NCBI RefSeq assembly: GCF_007748075.1
Contig: NZ_CP036280.1
Span: forward strand, 2,100,001-2,132,000
DNA length: 32,000 nt
Reading direction: 5' to 3'
Source: Mucisphaera calidilacus
GTDB lineage: Bacteria > Planctomycetota > Phycisphaerae > Phycisphaerales > Phycisphaeraceae
Position 1 is the first letter of the stretch. Each line of letters starts with the position of its first letter. Made by a program: the position numbers and the translations under genes. The notes beneath the pieces are model-generated. The model made no database searches. It had not been told where the DNA came from and saw nothing but the letters and a program-made list of their open reading frames with translations. Positions 1 to 9,200 of the stretch are shown here, piece after piece.

Positions 1-584
1 GCGGGGTCGCCTTCGATGATCATGCGGTAGGCGGTGGGCGTGGGCTCCCAGCGTCCGGTGAGTCGATGGGCGACGACTTCGGGCTGCTGGTCGAAGGCGC
101 TGGCGAGGCCTCGGACAAGTAGTCGCTGGCCGACACCGATGCGCAGGGAGCCGGAGATGAGTTTGTGAAAGACGAATCGCTGCCAGGGGTCGAGTTGGTC
201 CCATGCCTGATTAAGGAGGGAGCGTTTGGTTTTCTCGTCGGCCTGTGGGAGCGGTAGGAGGTAGTGTTCGACGAGTTGGTGGAGGGGTGGCGGGTCGGCG
301 TCGGGGTTGGGAGGAAGGAGGAGTGCGAGTGTTTCGCCGAGGTCACCAACCATCTGTCGGCAGGGCGGGATGATCCAGTCGGGGAGGTTGCTGCGTCGCG
401 CGGCTTCCTGCTGCATGAGCTTGTAACTGATGGCGCGTTTGATGCGTCGTCCGGCGAGGAAGTAGAGGGTCCAGGCGGCGTCCTCGGGCGGGGCGTCGGC
501 GAAGTAGTCGCGGAGGGCGTCGCGTTTCTCGTTGGTGCGCGTGGTCTGGTCGAGTCGTCGGTAGAGGTCGGCGAGGCGTTTCAT
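1..584 (-). CDS. ATP-dependent DNA ligase, N-terminal part (ligase-associated DNA damage response type); 3' end runs off the window
   Basis: Absent from the ORF track because it is open at the window edge. Hand translation from ATG at 582-584 (minus) gives MKRLADLYRRLDQTTRTNEKRDALRDYFADAPPEDAAWTLYFLAGRRIKRAISYKLM...WQRFVFHKLISGSLRIGVGQRLLVRGLA. This resembles the N-terminal DNA-binding domain of bacterial ATP-dependent ligases. Its ATG overlaps the exonuclease stop (ATGA). Confidence 0.75.
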   Translation of the reverse strand, partial: MKRLADLYRRLDQTTRTNEKRDALRDYFADAPPEDAAWTLYFLAGRRIKRAISYKLMQQEAARRSNLPDWIIPPCRQMVGDLGETLALLLPPNPDADPPPLHQLVEHYLLPLPQADEKTKRSLLNQAWDQLDPWQRFVFHKLISGSLRIGVGQRLLVRGLASAFDQQPEVVAHRLTGRWEPTPTAYRMIIEGDP

Positions 585-1585
585 GGAGCGGCCTCGTCGT
601 GGTGTCGTGTGGTTGCGATAGCGAAAGCGTCGACGCCTGATTCGCGGAGGTATCGGACAAGGGTTTCGGTGTTGCCGTGGGTCAGGCCGACGCGTCGGGC
701 GCCGGTGTCGCGGATGGTCTGGAGGAGACCGGGCCAGTCGGCGTGGTCGGAGATGACGAAGCCTCGGTCGAGGGCGTCGTGTCGTCGTCGGCCGCGGACG
801 GTCATCCAGCCGGAGGCGGCGGCGGTTGAGACAGGAGTGAGTTTCCGTATCCAGGTGGTGTTGCGGGCGGCGGGCGGTGCGAGAACGAGTGCTCGGCCTT
901 TGAGTTCTGCGGCGTTGCGGGCGTCAAGTTTGGTCCAGTCGGGGAGGGAGATGCCCAGGTCGCGGTAGAGCTTGTTGAGGGGGTGGATGCTGCCGTGGAC
1001 GGCAACGGGGCCGATGGTGGGGTCGATGGCGGCGAGGATGCGTTGGGCTTTGCCGAGCGCGTAGACGGAGAGGACGGCGGTGCGTTGCTGTGCCTGGCAG
1101 TCGCGCCACCATTGGTTGATGTCGTTGAAGACGTGTTCGGGTTCGGGCCAGCGGTAGATGGGCAGGCCGAAGGTGCACTCGGAGATGAGGACGTCGCAGG
1201 GAACGACCTCGAAGGGTGCGCAGGTCGGGTCGGGGTGTCGTTTGTAGTCGCCGGTGACGACCCAGACGTGGTGGTCGTGTTCGACACGGACCTGTGTGGA
1301 GCCGAGGAGGTGGCCGGCGGGGTGGAGGGAGACCCGGGTGTCACGAAGGTCGATGGTTTCGCCTGGCTCGAGTGTGGTGGTGTTGATGGTTTTGCCGAGG
1401 CGATGGCGGAGGATGGGTGCGGTCTGCGGCGAGCAGATGTAGCGGTGTGAGCCGGCGCGGGCGTGGTCGCTGTGGCCGTGGGTGATGACGGCGGTGCGGA
1501 CGGGTCGTGTGGGGTCGATGCAGAATTCGCCAAGGCTGCAGTTCAGTCCGGCCGTGGTTGCCTGAATGAGTTCGTGATGGCTCAC
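581..1585 (-). CDS. Ligase-associated DNA damage response exonuclease (metallo-beta-lactamase / beta-CASP fold)
   Basis: 334-aa ORF with the MBL motif VITHGHSDHAR near the N-terminus, later HPAGHLLGS and a C-terminal ISDHADW..THG. Size and translational coupling to a downstream ATP-dependent ligase match the ligase-associated exonuclease family. Confidence 0.8.
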   Translation of the reverse strand: MSHHELIQATTAGLNCSLGEFCIDPTRPVRTAVITHGHSDHARAGSHRYICSPQTAPILRHRLGKTINTTTLEPGETIDLRDTRVSLHPAGHLLGSTQVRVEHDHHVWVVTGDYKRHPDPTCAPFEVVPCDVLISECTFGLPIYRWPEPEHVFNDINQWWRDCQAQQRTAVLSVYALGKAQRILAAIDPTIGPVAVHGSIHPLNKLYRDLGISLPDWTKLDARNAAELKGRALVLAPPAARNTTWIRKLTPVSTAAASGWMTVRGRRRHDALDRGFVISDHADWPGLLQTIRDTGARRVGLTHGNTETLVRYLRESGVDAFAIATTRHHDEAAP

Positions 1586-1594
1586 GCTCTGATG

Positions 1595-2173
1595 TTAGGA
1601 GCGGTTGCGGTAGAGGTCGGGGTCGACGGCGCTGACGATGGCGTCGGTGTTGAGGCCGCCGAGGAAGGCGTCGAGTTGTTGAGCGACGTCTGCGGGGTTG
1701 GTGATGGCGTCGCGGTGGTTGATGTCGAGGAGGGTCATCTCGGGTCGGGCGGCGATGGTGGCGCGGGCCTGAGCGAGTTGGGATTCAAAGACCGGTTTGA
1801 GCCGTGCGGGTTCGGCGACGGGTTTGCCGGAGCGCTGGAGCATGGCGGCCTGTGAGGCGAGGACCTCGTCGAGGTCGCGGTTCATCATGACGATGCGGTA
1901 TCGGTGGTCGGGAGGGAGGTCGCCAAGGAGCAGGTGGATGACCTTGATGACTCTGCCATGGGCCTCGGCGAGCCATGCGTGATCGGATGACTGTTTGAGT
2001 TTTTTGACGGGTTCGAGTTCGTAGTAGCCGCGCGGGTTGTCATCGTCGGAGGCGCGGATACTGTCGGTGAGTGCGGGGATCCCCCCTGCTTCGATCATCT
2101 GCATCATCATGGAGGTTCCGGAGCGTGGGAGTCCGGAGACGACGACGATCTCGTTGGGCTGGAGGTTGGGCAT
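1595..2173 (-). CDS. Sulfotransferase family protein
   Basis: 192-aa ORF. The N-terminal VVVSGLPRSGTSMM resembles the PAPS 5'-phosphosulfate-binding loop of sulfotransferases. Its stop lies 9 nt upstream of the exonuclease start. Confidence 0.6.
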   Translation of the reverse strand: MPNLQPNEIVVVSGLPRSGTSMMMQMIEAGGIPALTDSIRASDDDNPRGYYELEPVKKLKQSSDHAWLAEAHGRVIKVIHLLLGDLPPDHRYRIVMMNRDLDEVLASQAAMLQRSGKPVAEPARLKPVFESQLAQARATIAARPEMTLLDINHRDAITNPADVAQQLDAFLGGLNTDAIVSAVDPDLYRNRS

Positions 2174-2353
2174 CTGGGCAGGATAGGCCCTTGGGCGTTG
2201 TCACGTACGACGGCGAGATGGGCAGGGATCGGGCCGGACTGGCTTGGAGTATCAGCAGGATTGGTCATTGACCGGATGCCAATTTTCTCTATGCTGTTAA
2301 CGGCCTAAAGGTGTTTTGATGGTCCGTTTTTTACCGGTTGGGGAGAGAGATCG

Positions 2354-3043
2354 ATGAGCAACGGGACAGGGTTCGCGGCAGGTTTGCTGGCCGCTTTGCT
2401 GATGGTGACCAGTGCGGGTGCAGCGATCTTCATCGAGGCGAAAGAGTACGTTCTTGAACCGGCCACCGCGGATCAGGTGATCCCGCTTTACGTTTATGGC
2501 GGCGAGGCGGTGATCGGTGTCACCCTCGCGTTGGAAATCGAGGCGTTGATTCAGAGCGGCGGTTCCGGAGGAGGCGGTTCGGGTGGTGGTGGTGGGAGAC
2601 CCGGACGACCTGCGCCGCCGGCCACGGCTGATTTGCTCGGGGGAGCGGGTGACCTGTTGCCGGTGATGACGGATATTGATCTGTTAACCGGTACGATTTT
2701 CGACGGCAATCATTTCGGTATGCAGTTTGGTGCTGCTCCGCCGAGTTACGCGGTCTCGGTGGGGACCATCACGCAGTCGGGCACGGTGCTGACGGGTGGG
2801 ACGACGTCTGAGGAGAGGGCGTTGCTGGCGAGCGTGACGATCAGCACCGAGGGCGTCGAATCGGGGACCTATCGGCTGAAGTTCCAATACACGGTGCACG
2901 GGAGCACGGTTTTTGCCGGTCTCAATGGTGCCGGCACGGCTGTCTATCCGGGTGGCGGGGAGATGTTGACGCTGATTGTGCCGGAGCCGGCGAGCGTGTC
3001 GCTGATGGTTTTGGGTTTGCTGGCTGTTGCCCGGCGTTGGTGA
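2354..3043 (+). CDS. PEP-CTERM sorting-domain secreted protein
   Basis: N-terminal signal-like segment (GLLAALLMVTSAGAA). C-terminus is VPEPASVSLMVLGLLAVARRW, i.e. PEP motif, hydrophobic helix and basic tail. Internal Gly-rich linker SGGSGGGGSGGGGGRPGRP. GGGGAGAG Shine-Dalgarno-like sequence upstream. Confidence 0.75.
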   Translation: MSNGTGFAAGLLAALLMVTSAGAAIFIEAKEYVLEPATADQVIPLYVYGGEAVIGVTLALEIEALIQSGGSGGGGSGGGGGRPGRPAPPATADLLGGAGDLLPVMTDIDLLTGTIFDGNHFGMQFGAAPPSYAVSVGTITQSGTVLTGGTTSEERALLASVTISTEGVESGTYRLKFQYTVHGSTVFAGLNGAGTAVYPGGGEMLTLIVPEPASVSLMVLGLLAVARRW

Positions 3044-3237
3044 AGTGCCGGGCCGATCAGGATTGCGTTAATCGGATTTATTGGTCTCGTTCGTGCCTGC
3101 CTCTATATATGATTGACCGGTCTTGATCGATCAGGCTCTGGAGTGACATGCTTGCGGCGACAACACAAGCCGAATGGATCCCAAGCGTGACACCCGGCGG
3201 TGCCTTTTTTACAGGTTTCCTTGCTGGGAGTTGACTG

Positions 3238-6200
3238 ATGTCTGCAGCTTCGCGTGCTTACAAGCGTCTTCGTTCGCTTTATCAGATGACGCTTCGTCGG
3301 ATGCAGTCGGCTCCGCGTGGTGGGGTTGAGGCTGCTCGGCCGGTTCTCCTGGACCGTCTGGAGGAGCGCGTGCTGCTGAGCGGGACGGCTTCGCTGAGCG
3401 GACTGGTTTATTCGGATCTCGATGGCGACGGCAGTCGGGATGCGGATGAGTCGGCCGTGGCTCAGTCGCTGGTGTACCTCGACCTGGACCGGAGTGGGTC
3501 GCTGGAGTGGAGCGATCAGAACGGGAACTTCCGCTGGGATGAGGGGGAGGGTGACCGCTGGACGATTGGCGATGCGCAGGGGCGTTATCACTTTGATGAT
3601 CTAGCCGCTGACGTGTATGCGGTACGACTGTTCAAGCCCGACAACCTTGTGCTGACCGAGCCTGCGGTGGACGAGGTGCTGATCAGCGACTCGTTCGAGG
3701 ATGGCGTGATCGACAGTAGTATCTGGGTGGGCAACGGGAACCAGCCGACGATCTACACGCTCGGTGAACCGGGCCCGACGGGCGAGACCGTGCTGCGTTT
3801 CCCGGCGACCTCGCAGGTGCTCGAGACTCTGCCGATGGACCTGAGCGCGGCGTCGTCGCTTCGGGTTACCTACTGGTGGATGCAGGGCGGCCTGGAGGAT
3901 GATCCGGAATTCGGTGATGACATCTGGCTTGAGTACCTCGACGCGGACGGCGAGTTCGTGCAGTTGTACCGCCATTACGGCTACACGTCAGAGACCGATG
4001 ACTTGCGGCAGAACATCGTCGAGATCGATGGCGACCTGCTGCACGACGGTTTCGTGCTGCGGTTCCATAATCGCGCCGTGTCTTATGGGGTCGTCGAGAC
4101 CGATGACTGGTTCATTGACGATATTCGCGTCTCGATTCCGGGTGAGCAGTCGAGTCTTGTGACACTTGAGGAGGGTGGATCGGCAGAGGGGGTGAATCTC
4201 GGGATTTCACGTCGGATTGCGCCCGGTTCGCCGTATCTGCTGCCTTCGGGTGATACGGGCCGTGCGTCTGATGACGGCATCACGATGAACAACAACGGCA
4301 CGCAGGCGGAGCGGATGGCTTTCCAACTCGATCACGTGGCGAAGGGCGAGACGGTACATCTGGTTGCGGACAACGGTGTTGACCCCGAGTTGATCCTTGC
4401 GACGCCTGTCGTGACCACAGACGGGACGTTCTCGTTCTGGACCGACGGGCGTACCGCGTTGCCCGACGGGACGTATTCGATCCGGGCACGGGTGCTCTCG
4501 TCGTTCGGGACGTGGGAATCGGTGGAGAGCGTTCATCCGCTGGTGGTGGACAGCGAAGCGCCCCGAGTGACGGTGGACGAAGTGTCGGCTGACACGGCGT
4601 CCTTCAGGTTGTCGGGCACGGTGAGTGAGGCGGGCACGCTGGTCGAGGTGGCGCTCGCTGACAGGACGTACACGCCGACTGTTGCCCCTGATCTGACCTG
4701 GGAGATCGCGGCCTACATATTCCTGGAGAACGGTCGTTATGACGTGATGGCGACTGCGACCGATCGTGCGGGCAATGTCGGCAGCGACACGACGACGGAT
4801 GAGTTGGAGATTGTCGATCCGTCCGGTTCGATCTCGGGGACGGTCTGGAAGGATCTTAACGACAATGGTGTTGTGGATGAGGGCGAGTCGGGGTTGGAGG
4901 GTGTTCGGGTCTACCTGAACGAGGATGACGACCTGACGCTTGACTGGACCGATCAGAACGCGAATGGTCTTTGGGACTCGGGGGAGGGGGAGCGATGGAT
5001 CACGACGGATGCTGAGGGTTTCTATCGGTTTGACAGGTTGGTCATTGGACCCCATCAGGTATTGATAGATGCGCCTGCGGGTTTTGTTCAGAGCAATCCG
5101 ATCCCGCATGCCGACTGGTCGTCGACCTATCAGTCGGCCAGCAGCACGGTGGGCAAGATTGTTGACGTAGGGCCGCTGGACTCCATTTTCTTCATGGCGG
5201 GCAGCGGTAGCATCGGCCAATACAACTACGAAACCGGCGATTATTTCGCTTCGGTACTTGTCGGCGGCGCGGTGACGCTACACGACTTCGACGCGGATCA
5301 AGCCGGCTCACTGCTCTGGATCACAATGCCTTCGTCGAGCACCGACGGGTCTTTGCTCCGGTCGTATGAGTTAGGTAGCGGCGCGATGCAGGAGTTTGCT
5401 CTGCCTGTGGAGGCGGGTGAGGTCAGCGAGATCGCTGTGGGCTCGGACGGGATGGTTTACTTCGCCGGGAAGCCGGCTCAGTCGTCGGCCGTGGGAGGTT
5501 TCTACCGTTTTGATCCGGCCACGAGCTTTGCGACGCGGCTTTTTGATTTATCGTCCGGCGCTGATCTGACGCGGAGCCCGGAGGGTGGCGTGGTGCTGAT
5601 CGCGGACCACCACACCGACTCAACGTCGCTGCATCGGTTTGATGTGGGGACGGGGCAGGTGACGGGCAGCACCAGCGTGTGGTCGCTGGGATCGGGCACG
5701 GTGCGGTATGAGGTAGGTCCGGAAGGCGAACTGTTCACGACGCGCCAGAATCAGGTCACGCGTGTTTACGACGCGGGGCTCAACGAGATCCAGGTTTTCT
5801 CGAGTACGCCGCTGAGCTTCATCGATCCGGCCCGGCCGGTTCTGTATCGGGGCTCGGGCAGTTCGCGCCTGCAGGTACTGGATACGGTCAGCTGGCAAAC
5901 GCACATGAGTCAATGGCTGCCTGCGTCGGTCAATGACATCCCCTATGCGGCGATCACTGGTGACGGGTCGAAGCTCTTCTACAGTCGCGGCAGCCTTGTT
6001 TACATTATGGAGAACGGCACGGGCGAGGTGCGGCCGCTGAGTCTGTCTTTGGGAGAATCACTGACCGACCACGACTTCGCGTTGGCTCATGTCCTGCTGC
6101 GTGAGCCCATTGATCTAGGGTGGAGTTCGGACACGGGGTCGTCGCAGCAGGACAACATCACGCGCTACAACAACGCCGACGATGATCACCGGCTTCAGTT

Positions 6201-9200
6201 CATCGTGGATCATCTTCAGGTCGTCGGTGCGGTTCAACTCGTGGCATCGGATGGTGTGAACGAAGACATTCTGCTCGATACCACGATTGAACCTGCTGAG
6301 AACAACGGCACGATCACCACCACGGGGGACGTCGTTCTGCCTGATGGCACGTACGACTTGCGTCTGAGCGTCCTTCGTGATGCGGAGACCTGGTTCAGTG
6401 GCATGGTGGCGGCGACGGTGACCATCGACGCGACGCCGTTGGTGGTGACGATCGACGCGGTCGAGACCGACAGACTGGATACGGTCATCACGGGCACGGT
6501 TGACGGGGATGCGCACTGGGTGTCGGTTTCCTTTAACGGCAGGACGTATCAGGCGACCGTTACTGGTGACGGGACCTGGTCGGCGGAGATTTCGGTGGAG
6601 GGGTATACGCCGGGTGTTTATGACATCGAGGCGGAGGCTGTCGACGTTGCGGGCAACACGAGTACGGACACCACGACCGGGGAGTTGACGATACTTAACG
6701 GGACCAACACGCTGACCGGTTCGGTGTGGCATGATCTCGACGGCAGCAAGGATGAGGTGGACGGCGAGCCGCGGATGGCGAACGTGCGTGTCTACCTCGA
6801 CAGCAACAGGAACGATGTGCTCGACTGGCTCGATGGCGACGACGACGGGTTGTGGGACGCGGGCGAGGGGGAGCGTTGGGTTCTGACGGGTGCGGATGGC
6901 AGCTACAGCTTTGATCAGTTGCCGGAGGGGCGTTACGAGGTCAAGGCCACGACGCCTGTCGGCTATACGGCGACGCTGACGCCGGACACGGACTGGGGCG
7001 CAGAACACGTGTTCTCGGATCGCTTGCCAGAGAAGATACTGTTCGCACCGGACGGCGTGACGCTTTACACGATCCAGAGCAACAACGAGATTCGCCGATT
7101 CGACATGGCGACCATGACTCAGTTGAGTTCTTATGTGCTGCCGGCCGCATCGATCGATAGTTTCGATCTTTCGCCGGATGGGACGTTCCTGATCGCGAGC
7201 ACACAGAACGGAGCGGCCAATCATCAGGGCATCCTGTGGATGGTTAGCACGCAGACGCATGTGGTGATAGGTGAGTACACCTTCGATCTGGGCGGCTTCG
7301 AGACGGGGGTCTCGGACGTCCACATCGATAGCGATGGGCATGTCTACGTCGCGCCGTATACTGCGATTGGTCTTGGGTTCGGGACCGGACCATGGCTGCT
7401 GCGCAAGCTGGACTTGCAGACCGGGGCGTTTGAAGTCATCGGCAACTCAGATGTTGCGAATGTGACATTTGGTCAGACCCACGATCCCGCGCAGATCCTG
7501 ATGCAGGGCGCAATCAACAACAGGTCTGACCTTGCACTCTACGACACGGTTACTGACCGCTTCGTGCTTACATCACCCAACGGCCTGTCGAACATCTCAC
7601 AGGTTTCGATCTCGCCTGACGGGCAGACGCTTGCTTATCGCGTCGGCTCAGCGATCAGGCTGGTCGATCGGTCGTTCAACGTGCTTACCACAATCAACAC
7701 GCAGTATGTGGGGGTCTTCGACCCGAACCTGCCTTACTATTACACGCAAGGTTCGGGCAACGAATCTCTTCATGTGCTTGATGCTTCGACCGGCGCGACG
7801 GTCGACAGCTACCGCGCGCCTTACTCCTTCTCTTACTCACCCACCTCTATGACCATCTCCGCCGACGGCACGCGGATCGCCTACAGTGCCCAGTCTAGTT
7901 ATAATATCTACTACATTTATGCCCTCAACAATGGCAAGGCGTTTGAGGGTGTGGTTGTCGAGGGTGGGGGGACGACCGCGGGGCCGGATTTCGGTTTTCA
8001 ACGAACTGTGAAACCTGCCGCCCCCGATCTGCGTGGTGAGACGGATACGGGTACCTCGACGACGGACAACCTGACGCGTCGGAACAACGGCTCGGCAGAT
8101 GAGACGCTCATGTTTGCCCTGAATGGGCTGAATGCTGCCGACGAGGTTACGCTGTTGATCTTCCCGGATGAGGGCGTGCCATATGCCATCGGGTCGGGTG
8201 TCGCGTTGGGGGCGGGTGCATTTATCAGCACAGACGGGCAGACGGTGCTGGAGGACGGCACGCACCCGATCGGCGTGCAGATTACTGACCGCTACAACAC
8301 CTTCACTTATTCTTCTCCGACGACACATGTGCTGTCGGTGACGATCGACACGATTGCGCCGGTGGTTGATGTTGATCCGCTGGTGACCGATCAGATTCGG
8401 CCCGCGTTGTCGGGCACGTTGGATGATACGTTTGCCAGTGTCGAGATTACCCTCGGTGAACTATCGGTGGGTGCGGGCAAACCGACGTCAACCACCTGGC
8501 AGGTCGGCGCGGGCGTGTTTGGCCCGCTGGCTGTTGGGTTGCATGACGTTGTGGCGCGTGCGACCGACCGTGCGGGGAACGTGGGCATCGACACGACCGT
8601 CCGTGAATTGGAAGTCATCACGCCTACGGCGGAACTGGCCGGCACGGTCTGGCACGATCTGAACAACGACGGGGTGTTCGACGCGGACGAGCCGACGCTG
8701 ACCGGCGTGCGCGTCTATCTGGACGACAACAACAACAGTGCGCTCGACTGGTTCGACTACGACCTGGACGGTTCGTGGGACGCGAACGAGGGCGAACGCT
8801 GGCAGCTCACGGATGACGAGGGCAACTATCGGTTCGCGGGGCTAATCTCGGGCGGGTACACGGTTCGTCAGCAGGTGATGGATCCGTATGTTCTGACCGC
8901 GCCGTTCGGGGACACCGTGCTTTTCGAGGAGACGTTTGAGACCACGAGTTTTGATCCGTCGCGGTGGGCTGTGGTTTCCCACGCGACCATTGATGACGTG
9001 GGCATCGATGAGCCATCCGAGCCTTACGCGCTGCGTCTCAATGGCGATCCGAGTTACTCGGACTATGTCGACACCGTGCCAATCGATCTCAGTGGGTTGG
9101 CGAACGTCTCTCTGGAGTTTGCCTGGCAGCAGACGGGCGGCGGTCATGAACCGGGCTACAACGACAATCTGGTCGTTTCTTATCTCAACAGGTACAACGG

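Noticed and set aside
264-1855. Plus-strand ORFs 264-968, 983-1450 and 1463-1855, and the alternative minus-frame ORF 802-1533
   Set aside because: They overlap the ligase, exonuclease and sulfotransferase genes. Their products are low-complexity (Gly/Val/Asp-rich or Ser/Thr/Pro-rich).
2560-2625. GGC/GGT-rich stretch encoding SGGSGGGGSGGGGGRPGRP, considered as a simple-sequence or contingency repeat
   Set aside because: The repeat is imperfect and in-frame inside a coherent ORF. It is most simply a flexible Gly linker.
4207-7341. Long antisense ORFs inside the giant gene (for example 4207-5220 and 6115-7341 on the minus strand; also 13252-14292)
   Set aside because: Their products are Arg/Pro/His-rich low-complexity sequences with no motifs. 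They lie opposite a plus-strand frame that carries clear domain signatures. Such ORFs are expected in high-GC DNA.
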